Shown in pieces: positions 9,558 through 21,625 of a DNA stretch of 59,653 nt. Position numbers and translations under genes: made by a program. The first letter of the stretch is position 1, and each line of letters begins with the position of its first letter. The DNA is taken from assembly GCA_900088475.1 (NCBI GenBank), contig FLMG01002846.1, positions 1 to 59,653 on the forward strand, read 5' to 3'. Below the pieces are notes generated by a model that saw only the letters and a program-made list of their open reading frames with translations, made no database searches and was not told the origin of the DNA. The stretch comes from Hyphochytrium catenoides (Eukaryota; Protista; Hyphochytriomycota).

Positions 9558-12500
9558 TCATTCAGAGCAGGAAGATCCTGAAGACTTGAAAAGCTGACTT
9601 GGTGACCTCAGTGATGGTGACTGTCCGGTTCTCGGAGGAAGAAAAGGGATGGATTTCTTGGGAGATTTTATGACTACAGGGCGATGTCCTATTCTGGTGC
9701 CTCCATAAACCTTCCACGTAGCACTGAACTCGCGCTTTGTCCACCTAGAAGTGCGAAGGACCGGGAAGCATCTCAGAGTGGTTCATGAAAGCAATAAGCA
9801 CTTTTGATATCAGTGAACTACTAGCTAGCTAGCTGAATGGCTTCTCCCACCGTCAGGCTCTTGTGATATACAGTCACCATCCGTGTTACCATCCTCTATC
9901 AGGACAGCCGCCGGCTTGGTGTGTAGGCAAACAGTTCGCCGATTGCCTGTCTTCGTCCTGCTGAAGAGTCATCACCCTACGAAGAGGTGGCATGACTTCA
10001 TCAGCAGTCCACAGTCCCCAAGTTTCAGGGTCTGTTCTCCAAGTCGTAGATAGAGAAGCTAACAGCATTGCTTCTCGACACTCCTTCTCTTTATCGATTG
10101 CACTCATAGCATCTTGCATCTCTCCTAGCTTTACAAAAAGTTCTCTACTTATGGAGAAGCTTTCTTTAGTTCATCAATCCAGCCTGGTATCTTGTTTAAG
10201 GCCATTGTTTGTCATCGTTCTTCTTTTACGTCTCTATCGGTGGTAGTACGGTACCTTCTCCCATCGTATTAGAGTCATCATCGTCAGGCATGGAGCAGGG
10301 AGAATAGCTGCTTCTAACAATTCCCCATGCTTCTAACGAGATCACTATTGCAGAAGGCCGGAAGGATGGCAGGGCCTCGGCAACAGTGAGTAATAGCCCT
10401 TTCAGTAAGGTCATTTCTTCAGACTCCGGACAGTATTCATTCGACCCCTTGGTGCCTCTATCAGATGGCACCTTTTGCTAAGGCTGTGCGGTCCTAGATT
10501 ATCTTGGTCCATTCTTGTACCACCAATAGCGATACGAAAGGAAGCAACTTATCGGCACAAGAAAGATTGCTCTAAACACACGGGAATTTGTTGCTTTCGC
10601 CTATTTTGCAGCTTGTTCTTCACAGGCCAAGTACGTTAGGTTTCTGCGCTGTCCTGCCTGGAGCACTACTCTGACACCTTCTGCCTGTCGCACACTGCGC
10701 ACATACCTCCGAAAGATGCCAAAAGTTAGGCAGCAATAAATAGTAGCGACGGGAGTCCGGCCTATCTAGGCTTCTTTCCTCGCCTCGCTGACGCATCGTC
10801 ATTCGTGCTCGACCCGGCCAGGGACAATGATGACGATGGTGAGATAAATTTTGCCCTTGCCGTGAGAAAGCTCTGATACTGGGCCCCAAGCCTCATCTGA
10901 TACCGCTTTTTGGTCCCAACGTCTAACGCTAGATTGCAGAAGGCCGGGCGCAGAGTAGAATGAGAGCGACATGAGAAGCCACAGGATATAGACTGCAAGA
11001 AGGGCGACAAAGCCAGCAATGAGCAGAAATGCCATGACAAGAGGATACACATGGAGAGTAGCCAAAGGAGGAATGAGAGGGGAGTTATTGGCTGCTTGTC
11101 AACCATTAAGGGGAGTCAATGACAGAAGAGAACAGATAATACGGTCATTGTGGGGCCGCTGAGGAAGCAGAGGTCCATGCTAACATAGCAGTAAGGACAT
11201 AGCGGAGGACATTCAGCAGCGGAGGAATAGTTGCGGAGCTCTAGCCGTTACACCAGAGACAATTGTGTACCTGCTAGGTTCATCGCTAAGGTCAGAAAGT
11301 CGTTACTAAGCTGGAACTCCCTAGTCCTAGCACTTCGAACTCCAAGGTTCCAGGCTTTGATGACCAAGGTTTCCGTAAGCTCGCTCAGCTTAGAATACGG
11401 CTCCTTTTCTTGCGGCCAGCCACCTGAGCCTTTGGCGCTGCTGTGTACCAACCTCCTTTCCTCTAATTGGGGTGAAGCCGCTCCGCCAGTCGAGCTACCT
11501 GCGCCCTGACAGCACAGAGTGCGTATTTGATAATATTGCTGAAGCCTGGGAAAGACGCAAGAGGGAACAACCGTGTAAGCAAGCTGTATGTAAGATATCT
11601 TTGTGGGGGGTGTTGTGTGGACATGCCACAAGCGGGTAATTAGCAGTGAAGGCCCCATCTTGGCGTTTACCATTCCATGGCGGACTGCTTTGTCTCGCTC
11701 AGCTCTACTAAGGCTAGAAAGTCCGAAGTGAGAATGGATAGGTCTGCTTCCTCCTTCGATACATGAGATAAGCTCCCTTCGGTGGCAGAAGTGGAGTTGA
11801 GCTCCTCTGTCGTTTGCCTTTCTGTAAAACCCCTGTTTCTGATCGCAGTCTGTAGGCAGTGCTTGCGTAAGTCATACACTAAGCTCTTAACCTCAAAGTT
11901 GAAGGCTTGCGCAGCCGCATAATCTGAAAGCGCTCGTAATGGTTGTAATGAGCATCGGCTCAGACTCTAAGCAATCGAAAAGAGAAAGTCAAATCACAAG
12001 GCACGAGGTCAAGCTGGGCGGGGACGTAGTGGATACAAAATCGAAATAAAGGCCCACAACATTGATTAGGGCTATTGAATTGACACAGTGAAGGCAGTTA
12101 GAGAGCTTGTCACGGTTAAGAGGAACAAAGTGAGCAACACACAACTAGTTGGACAAGGCAGGAAATACGAGGCTTGGGCAGCAAGCGATGTGGGGAAGCC
12201 TTGATTTCATGCTTCATGAGGTAAATGATTCGAAGAGACGTAAGGATCCGCTGACCTTTAATTCCTCCGTCGCTGACCGAAGATGACTTAAATGCTGCTT
12301 AATGGGTTTCTCTCCTCTGCCTGCCGCCTCTGCCTCCAGCAGCGCTTGATGCAGGTACCAAATGAATTTGGAGGTTGCCTGGAAGAATGAAATGAGAAGG
12401 TATTCAGGCGAAATAGGCAAATTAGGTTGCAAGGAGAGAAAAAGTAATGGTATAAGCGACAAATTGAATCGATATCTTTCACAATCTCGGCGTGGCTCTT

Positions 12501-15500
12501 AACGAACTAATTGTGCAAAGGCAAGAAGGGCTTCACTCAACGAATGAAACGTCGAACAAAGGGCAACAAACTAAGGTAGATGAAGTACACTTGGAGATAC
12601 TAACTGCAAGCACTGTCACGAGGATGGACAAAAGAAACCAGCACCGGCGGATGGCAGAGCTCAGGTAGATTGACGACATCTAGGCTACCTTGAGCTGTAG
12701 CAAGTCCACCCCTAGATGCTCCTTAAGGTCAGGCATGCGTAGATCCAGCACAGCGTCTTCTAAAGTGTTTAGATAGGCGGACATCCTCCGCCTCCCAATG
12801 TCATTAGCCATCTTCTTCCACCCGACGCCTAAGTAGACTCTAATAGCGCAGGATGTGTTAGCAATTGCATGCACTCTTGCCTCCTCGTCCAGCGCTTTGA
12901 GCTCTTCTTCAGTCGCATTTGGCGGTATTTCAGCACCTCCGCCTCGCCTTTCGTCTAGCTGGCGAACCATGTATAGATCGAGCTTGTAAGACACCCAATA
13001 CAGATCCACTGCTAGCTGCTGATGTGCTTGAGGAGTGGGTGGCAGTCCACATTCTGTATCTGTTAAGCTGTTAAGAGAGTTCATTGAATGGAGCCATTAG
13101 AAATGATATTGCACAAAGAGGTGTCACATAAAGGAGGCACTCACGAGAGAAAGCTAGAGATATGTCATGATCATGTTATATGTTGAGAGTAAAGAACAGT
13201 TTGTCAGAAGGTAAGCTGATGATGTGGCCGAAGAGTAGAGGTGTTAAGGAGTCCATGAACCTAACCTGTCACCCTTAGAATGCTCCTCATCAGGCCCGAG
13301 CTGCTCCGCGAGTGAAGCATTCTGTATGCCAAGGTTGAAGCATGCTATGGAGAACCATTTAAGCTCGTACAAGGAACCGAGGTTGTAGCACTGCCTCTTG
13401 ATTCCTTGCTCTTGGTGTACCTCATCTCGATTCCCTTGGAGGGTGTACTCTATTGCCCCTAAGAGAGCCTCCCCATACAGCAGAAGAGTCTGAGAGATCT
13501 GTGCAAGTCTCAGGTCCGAGGAAATTGACACATTAGCGTTTCCTTCCAGCATTTGTGTGTCTGTCTGCTCTCCGCTCCGATGTTGCTTCAAGCTACGACT
13601 GCCTTCTTTACTCTTTGTTTCATGATGCTGGTGGGCTTCTTGGATAAGAGTGACGTTCTGAACCGTCCTAAAGGCTCATGAAGAAAGACCAAAAACATTG
13701 GATGGTGTTACAAGGAGGAGAAGGGGACGGAAACAAGTATCATAGGGAACGAACGGAACAGATGTATTTGCGAGCTTTATATGAAGCCAAATGGACCGAG
13801 ATGAAAAAGTCAGGCGGGGAAACGTTTAAGGCCGATGTTTGATACCGTCGTGTAAGCAACAACACTTACGGGTGCTTGAGGCAAATAAGGTGTCGAATAA
13901 GCGTGCACAGGGTGATCTTGGCGGATGAAAAAGAAGGTTTTCCACTCTGGGACCCTCTTTCGGTCAGCCCGGGTTCAACAGGTCCGGTCGCTGGTTCTTC
14001 TCCTTGGTGCTGCATCTTCTGGGCAACGTCATTCTTGAGATGTAAGTCTTGTGCTATCATTTTCTCTAGTACCAACTCCACAGCTATTTGATTATTGGCT
14101 TCGGCACTTTCCAATAAGCATGCTAATAAGCGAACTTGGTTAGAGAGCGAGTTTGATTCTAGTCAAAGGACACACGGAAGTAAGGGGACTGAACATCAAG
14201 CGATGCACCAGCCCATATAGAGTTTGTAGAGTGGAAGGTTCTCGCTTGTGTGGAAGCGTATGAGCCAGGCATCACAAAACGCCACGAAAGAAGCCAGCAG
14301 GGGCATTACGCATTTTATCGAGAACCTAACTCGACCTCACGAGAGGGTACCTTCCAGGTCTGTTGAAGCATAGTCTTGGCACTGCATGAGGTCATCCAGC
14401 GCAGCTTCCAAAATATTGCGGTCCCCTGCACTTTCCTCCTCCTTTAAACGAAAGTTTGTGTTCGAAGGCTCTTCCCTCACGATGTTTGTCTCTTCCTGTG
14501 CGCATGCATTGTCCTTCGTAGGAGGGAGTCCGCCATCTCCAAGGATGACAGCAAAGCTGTGAGGGGGAAGACGGGTTTCCCCACAAGATGAGGTGGAATC
14601 CAGTTTCTTCCGTTTCAGGAGGACTTGAAGGCGCACGAAAGCGGAGAATTTCTGCAAAGAAGGCATTGACGGGACCAGTGAGGGGCCAATAAAGGGTGGC
14701 AGATGAGATGGAAATAGCAGCGGACTGCGAACTGTTCCAGGTAGATAGACTTTCAGGGTTTAAAGGCGAGTAAGCACACCCAGGTCCTGAAAAGACACTG
14801 CGTAATCAGTTATTCAGAGTGGGGAGTGCAAATGGTGGTAGTAAAAAGTGGACACGATGCCACACCTCAGAGCCACACAAAGCGTTCGGGCGTAGGTGGT
14901 GCAGGAAAGAGGAGGTAGCAAGCCTTAAAGGCGGCAGTTCTATACCGATTTGTCATCCTTGAAGGCCTGGTTAGCTATTTCCTCTGCCTTTGCCAGACGA
15001 TCAAGCTTTATCAGCACCGCGGTAAGCATCCTGCAGTAACAAGAGGCAGTCGACACTTGGAAAAAGGAATGCAGCTTTATCGCTTACCTTAGTACACGAG
15101 CTTTCTGGCATCTTTCCACGGCACCAGGAGTGCTCAATGAATATGTCGCAAGAAGCAGGCCAATCCATTTCTCAGTGCTCTGCGTGGAGAGAGGTGGGAA
15201 GGAAGGTTAAGATGTGCACTTAAGGTGCCACTTACGAATGGGCAGAGCAGATTGTACTATGGGAGCAATGAAATTGGACAACCTGTATGCAAGAGCAAGC
15301 ACAGAAGTCGTAAGGTATCTGACATCAGGTCAGGAGCGTGGTAGGGAAAATTTCGGAATTGCGAAGTATAAGCTCAATGTAGAGCCACGCAACCTCATAT
15401 TCTCCCTTAAGGTACTGTCTTCTGCAGTAATCAAAGACTGCAGCTTGACACTCCACGAGAGCTTCTTTCTGCTTGAGTAGTGAAGTTCTCATCTTCTCAG

Positions 15501-18500
15501 CTCCTTCATTCAGGGCCAAAGGTCTGGGGATAGTGGAAGTATCTCAGCGAGTGCGATGAAATTCTCAGGCTTTGTCACTTTCTATGCCGAAAACTTACTC
15601 ATCCTCTTGCAGCTGATAGCTGTGGAGAATACTCTCTACAGCACTTAAGAGGTCGGCCTCGTGTCCTCGTGTGGTCTCCGGAGGACTACCCAAGGAGGTG
15701 GTAATAAAGTCTAACCGAATGACAGCGCGCTCGTCTGGGTGAACCTGAGTAACAGAGCACGGAGTGAGTTGTTGGTCAAATGCAGACAAATACCGAAAAG
15801 GTCGCGTGAGCGTCTACCAAACAGACCTATTTGAAATGCTCAGAACATAATAACAACGATGCACATTCAGGCAGCTAAAGTTATAGAAATGACGAGATCA
15901 TGCACCTGCACAAGGTGGTCATACAGGCGAAGCACCCGCGGGACCGAGACTCTACCAAATGTGCAGACGACGAACTGGCGGACTGTGGGTTCACCGAAGG
16001 AGGCACCACCAGGCTCAGAGAGGATGATAGGCAGTGATTATAAACGTTAATAGGGGCTCGAGGGAAGATGGACAAAAAGGAGAACGGATTCACAAAATAA
16101 AGGCAATGCGTCGAAATGTCGTTGCATCCTGTACCCAGGCAAAGCTTGTGCTCGACTTGTACGCCTAAATCCTCTAGTACCGTGAGGCACAACGTTTCCG
16201 CAAGGCTGTCATTGCCAATTTTGAGATGGCTCTGGACCTCCAGCATTGTACGCTTCCAAGCACGAAGTTCGCAGACGCCATAGGAGAATGGAAGACAATG
16301 ATTAGACTCAGAGCACGCTAGGCGGAAGATGTTGAAGCGTATAATAGCTTTACACCACCTAAAGGGAAAGGACGTCCCTTTCAGCGTCGGAGACCCCAAA
16401 AACAATGAGATACCTGTAGGGATCTCCGCGTAGCAGAGACTGATGAAAGCGCACGGTCGTATTCGCCCATCTCGTAATAGCATAAACCAAGAAGGAGAAG
16501 TATGTCATCTTTGCTCGGCAACTCGTCAGGGCCCCAGTCTTCAGCAGGTCCGCTCGACTTTCCTCTACCCACGAAGTCTACTTCAAGCATTTCTAACGAT
16601 CTTAAGGCTTCATTGAGACATTTGCTGCACATCTGGTATTCTTTCCGAGCGAAGAGAGAGCGGCTGAGTAGTACCAGGTGGCAGGTGTACTCTCCACGGA
16701 GTGGTTCAAGGTAGGGAAGGAGCTCTTTCAAGCCGGTTACTGCGTCCCACAAGTTCTGAACCACGGCAGATTCTCCTTGATGTCCAGAAGTGGGCTCACC
16801 GCAGAGCTCGACGCCCATGGCAGGCGTGGACAGCATCATCACTCCTAGCATGGGTATCCAAAAAGCGAACAAACTGTCAGAACCAGCTTGGGTACAGGCA
16901 GCGGTAGGCACGTCCACCTAATACTGCGTCTAACATCCTGTCTCTTGGGAATTTTACTTTGCTAGTCAATTGGATTTTTGCTCACCAATTCCAGTCAGTA
17001 GGCTCCAAATGTCTCCCAGGACATTCTCCAGTTGGACGCCTCTGGGGATGTAAGTCAACAGCAGGACTTAGGATTTGAGACCGATCAAAAAGCGCTGCAA
17101 AATCGGGATTTGAAGGCATACAGCTGTGATAACATGACGCTTGGAGTGCGAGATGATCTACAAAGGAGCGCGGACACGTTCCAACGATATACGTACGAGA
17201 TAGTCTTAGCGATGAAGGATACGCCTCCCACCACGTGTTCCCATAAGTGATGTGCTCGGAAGAACATAAACTGCGTTGCCCGGCGGTACTTCTGCGGCCA
17301 TCGTAAAAGTTCTGGGGAATTAATTTGAACAAATGTGACCGAAAAAGCGGGTGCCAGAGCTTCCTGCATCTCGGTAGCTGTCTTCGAATAACACCTGCGG
17401 TGGACTCATTTAGAGAGCAGAAACCGCCCACCGTCTGAACAATGTACGCCTGCCCCCATTCGAGCAGACGAGCTGCGCAGCAATGCAGCTTGATAGCCAT
17501 TAGAGATAATCCTGCTTAGTAAGGGCGGGAAGATTGAGAATGGGTGGTATGGAAGAAGAAAAATAGATAGGTTTCATCCCTCCAAGCGGTAACCCTCCCC
17601 ACTCATATAGTCCTCCCTTTCAGACAGCGCTACTATAGAAAAAGGTATTATACCGTATGAGGTCGACAGCTTCATGGAGCTCGATGGGGGATAATGTTCC
17701 TGCATAATCCAGTAGCAAGCAAGCCAGACATTGGAGCAACAGTAAGCAGGCTCTCCTTTCAAGATGATGAAAAGCGCCTCCTCCTTCTACGCCTTCTTCT
17801 CCAGGTGTAGAGGAAGCCTCGTTGCATGACTGGTAAAAAGAGCGCACCAGGTGGCGACAGTCGTTGTATAAGCTAATCCCTGAAGGAGTTTGGTTTGAAG
17901 GAAATGAGGGAAGATATTTTAAGGACCATGGACTCAGTTTGACGAAGAAGATCGCAACTTTACAACTGACATGATAATAGAATGGCGTTTAGGTTACCGA
18001 CCTGCTGTTCGAATAAAGTATCCTAGCTCCTTCATCTCAGGCGATGGAGCTGCTTTCTTAGGTTGAAGGACAGCCCCTTCAGCTTGAAAGAGCTCCTTAA
18101 CAACATCTTTGGAAGATAGAGAGCCACCGTCTTTGCCTTGGGTAGAAAGATTACATATGTGCTCTATTTCCCTTATGATCTCGTCCAGAACGGGAAAGAT
18201 TTTTCCCAAGAGAACTTCGGCAAAGCTGATTTCCTAGTGAAGTAGGTGAAGTGAGTAGAAGTTCGGCTGATAAGGCAAAACGGTGATATAGAAGGGTTCA
18301 ACTAGGAGAGAGGTTAAAATGGGCAATCGAAAGTGCCATGCGCCAAAAAGAAAATTAGCTTGACAAGCGCTTTGTAAGCTCCAGCGCCCGTGCTTCAACA
18401 TAAAACATAAGTTGAATAGGTTACGTCTTCCGATTGGCTTAAGTACCTTTTCAGCCTTGTCCGTGTGATTTGCGGCGCCATTATCAGTGAAAAGTTTACT

Positions 18501-18856
18501 CAAATAGTACCTAACCTCCGCAAGAAGTCTTTCCAACGGCTCTGGCTGCCTCCATTGGCCTCCAGTGGGCGCACTTGGTGCCAAGAACCTGAGGGGCTGA
18601 CTAGCCTCGGCCCTATCGCTGCTGGGTTGTTGGCTCCCTTTATCTCTTCCCTCATAAAGGAATGTTACCTCATCATCCTCTTGGGGTGGCCCCATCCCAA
18701 ACCCGGCAGTAAGGATCTCAATTACTACCCTCACACTAGCTCAATGGCTGTGAGCAGTTACGCAATAGCTACGAGAACTTGAAAAATTGCGCTGATGCCT
18801 TCACAAAGCAGCCTGGCGTGGATTGCTTGTTTGAGCCTTGGTTCCTTCTCAATCAT
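9558..18856 (-). CDS. ZIP4: ZIP4/SPO22/TEX11-like meiotic TPR scaffold protein, ~25 exons; start codon and last exons uncertain
   Basis: Spliced segments match ZIP4/TEX11 hallmarks: LLLLGLCYYEMGEYDRAL; QYLKGEYE|STEKWIGLLL...KARVLR|MLTAVLIKLDRLAKAEEIANQAFKDDKS|KFSAFVRLQVLL; TLCTLIRHLI; ELKWFSIACFNLG; EPYSKLSELTETLVIKAWNLGVRS...FLTLAMNLA. The junctions I checked are GT-AG and in frame. Putative stop TGA at 9558-9560. Confidence 0.75.
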
Positions 18857-19619
18857 TCCCGGATAACTCCGAAGATTAAGCTCAATGTCAGCAACATTTT
18901 GCTGACGTCTCTGCAATGACTTAGATTGTGATCTCAATTCAGATTAGGCGGGCGCTTGTTGGCATATGACTACCTGCTCGCTCTGTCTTCTCTGCGGTTT
19001 CTTGTTCTCTCTCCGCTATCTTCCTTGACTCTCTCTCTCTCTCAACCTTGAGAGACTATATGGAGGATGGTCCAGATTTGCAAATCGGAATTACGCCGCG
19101 ATTCAATCCTTTGGGCCAAACAGGAATCACGATTGAGCTCGAGTTTTTTGAATTCTTTTCGAAAATCGCATTCAACACAGGTCGGAAAAAAAAGTTCAGA
19201 ATCAAGTCTAAAATGGAAACGTTGTTAGGCGGCAAAATTAAAGACGAAACGAAGAGTGAAAGACCAAATGCTCAACATTACGGACAGCAGCCAGCAAAGA
19301 GTGTTCAAAGGAAAAGATGGTCAACCAGACAATCTGCCTGCATTTCGCAATGTGTGACGGATGCCGCAACCGCTGCCGCAGAAGGACAATCTTCACGCAA
19401 GGCCTTGGACAATGCTGAAGGTCAGGATCAGCTTGGCTCCTAATAAAGGATATGCGCCGTGGGCAGGGCGGACTAACCAGACTGGGTGTACTCACCACGC
19501 TGTACCCATTGGAAATTTAATAACTAGACAATGGTTAGAGGAGTTCCGGCGGTTGTACGGGCAAACAAAAGGAGACAAAGGGCCAAAAAAGAGAATATTG
19601 AAAGGCGATTGCCATTAAC

Positions 19620-20782
19620 TTAGTACTGAATGATGGGATCGCCTGTTTTATCGACTTCAGGAATAGTGCACTTCAGGTCAAAGACTTTCGCCAAGACGAT
19701 CTTAAATATCTTCTGCACGTTGATAGAGTGACTGGAGGACGTAAATATGAGAGGCGCCTTCATGGCCTTAGCAAATTTTCGGGCCTAAAAAGAAGGGGGC
19801 GGACGCAGGCCTGAAGATCAGCAACGATGCAAAGACCCATAGATAGAGTACTTCATCAGACTCAACGCACTACAGAAAGTGGTGCCATGGGTTGACAAAA
19901 GTGCTTCGCGAAATCTTAGGATATTTCTACCTGCTTGGTGATCTCCTCCTGCTCTTCCTCTGGAAAATTCGAAAAGTTGTCAAACTTGGTCCCGATCAGA
20001 AATGGAAAAGCATTCTACGTAGAGGAAAGAAGTTAGATAATCTCGCTAAGAAGCCAGCAGTCAGTGGTAATTTCTTTCCCTGGCCTCTCTAGGCGTGCCT
20101 GAGCTGGTAATCTCAATGCTTCTTCTCGTACCTTGTTCAGGCCTCTGACTTGCCTATACCACTCCTTGATGCTGGTAAGAGTCGACTTTCTTGACAGATC
20201 AAACATAAATAGCATAGCGACTGCATCATTGCAGACTAGAGGTAACATGCTGATGAACTCTCTTTGTCCCCCAAGATCCCAGATGCTGAAGGTCACCTCT
20301 GTGTTCCGTAGTGTGATAGTCTTCTCCATGAAGTTGACGCCTGGTGACCCCAAGGTTTAATTGTCATGTAGATGCGGACGTGGCAGTTCAAGGGATGGAT
20401 GGCACGATGGCACCGTTAAAATCAGTGCAAACCAGAATCGAACAGAGTCACCCGCATGGTCGGACTTGTGTGAACGAAGGCAGCAAGGTTAACCCAGGAC
20501 AAGGAAAAGCTAGAACGCCAGATGACTAGAAGCGAGAGGAATTGGGACAAGAAATAAGCGCCTCCAAGACTTACCAAGCGTGTGGATGTAGTCCTCATCA
20601 AATTTCCCTTCAACATACTTCACCATCAGACTAGTTTTGCCAACTTGGGCATCTCCTACCATGCCAACTTTGACAACCACGTTGTTGCGACTTGATGACC
20701 CGCCATCACCCCCTCCGGATAGCGATGGCGGGATACTCATCTCGCTGGGATCAATCTTGCTGTCGTCGGATTGTTCCGCCAT
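19620..20782 (-). CDS. SPG1: Spg1/Tem1 small GTPase (septation initiation / mitotic exit network), 4 exons
   Basis: [112 protein letters not shown]. Exons 20782-20575, 20340-20132, 20014-19931, 19784-19620. Confidence 0.97.
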
Positions 20783-21625
20783 CTCTCGGTCCTTGTACTT
20801 GCCGTCTGTGACCCTGAACTAATTTCTTATGGTGACAGCAGCTGGCACGTACTGGCGAGATTTTCTTGCGCACCAACAAGCTTCAAATTTCTTCCTTCTG
20901 TCTTCACACCAGAGACAAGCGAAAAGATCTTAACCTCCAGTAGAAGCAATCTTTGATGCAGATTGGCCTCGTTTTTAGAAGAAGAGCTTCGCAATCTCAC
21001 CAGCAATCTATGCTTTGCGCTGTCTCATACCTGTCGGCCTTGGGTCCAGCTACAGCTCGTAAGTAAACAGTGCAGGCAATAACTGTCCTTTAAAGAGTTC
21101 ATTTGCTTTCATTATTGTCTTCCATTGTGAATTAAGCACTGTGTACTTTACAGCCTCCTTGTCAAATTACTCTTAGCCTCACAACCCTTTGACTCCATTT
21201 CCATAGAGAACTTACGAAAGTTGACAACTGCTTGGCACAACAGTTCTGCATAATTTACTTCCCGTCAAAGGTCATCTATGGACCTGAAATGAAACTCCCA
21301 AAGCACGCAAAAGGTGCGCATTCGTAATGCAGAGCTCACAAATTTTACATTGTACGCTCAAAGTGCGATGCAGTGCGGTCTGATGATCTATGATGATGGT
21401 TGATGGCGCCAGAAGAACTTCAAGTTCGAGACTCTCAAACAACGAGAGCGTTTGGAGCTTTCGGAGTCTTGCACTGGCGCGCTTGATGGCCTATGGAGCT
21501 AAGGAGCTCCATGAAGCTTCGATTCTAAGCTTCAGAGGAAGGAAAGGAAATAGTGCCGGCAAAAGGCTGTATGGCAGTTCAGGGAATGCAGACAGACGTC
21601 CAGTGAAAGCATCACTGGGGGCGGA

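Noticed and set aside
10762-11106. Hydrophobic membrane-like ORFs inside the ZIP4 locus
   Set aside because: They lie in a predicted T-rich intron (donor at ~11270), one starts at TTG, and they have no recognisable motif.
15181-15394. Apparent in-frame TGA in ZIP4 suggesting readthrough, selenocysteine or a variant genetic code
   Set aside because: A GT-AG intron removes it and restores the ZIP4-like GEYE|STEKW. TAA, TAG and TGA all serve as normal stops in the other genes.
19048-19618. + strand ORFs between ZIP4 and SPG1
   Set aside because: No motifs; they overlap the expected ZIP4 promoter and SPG1 3' UTR.
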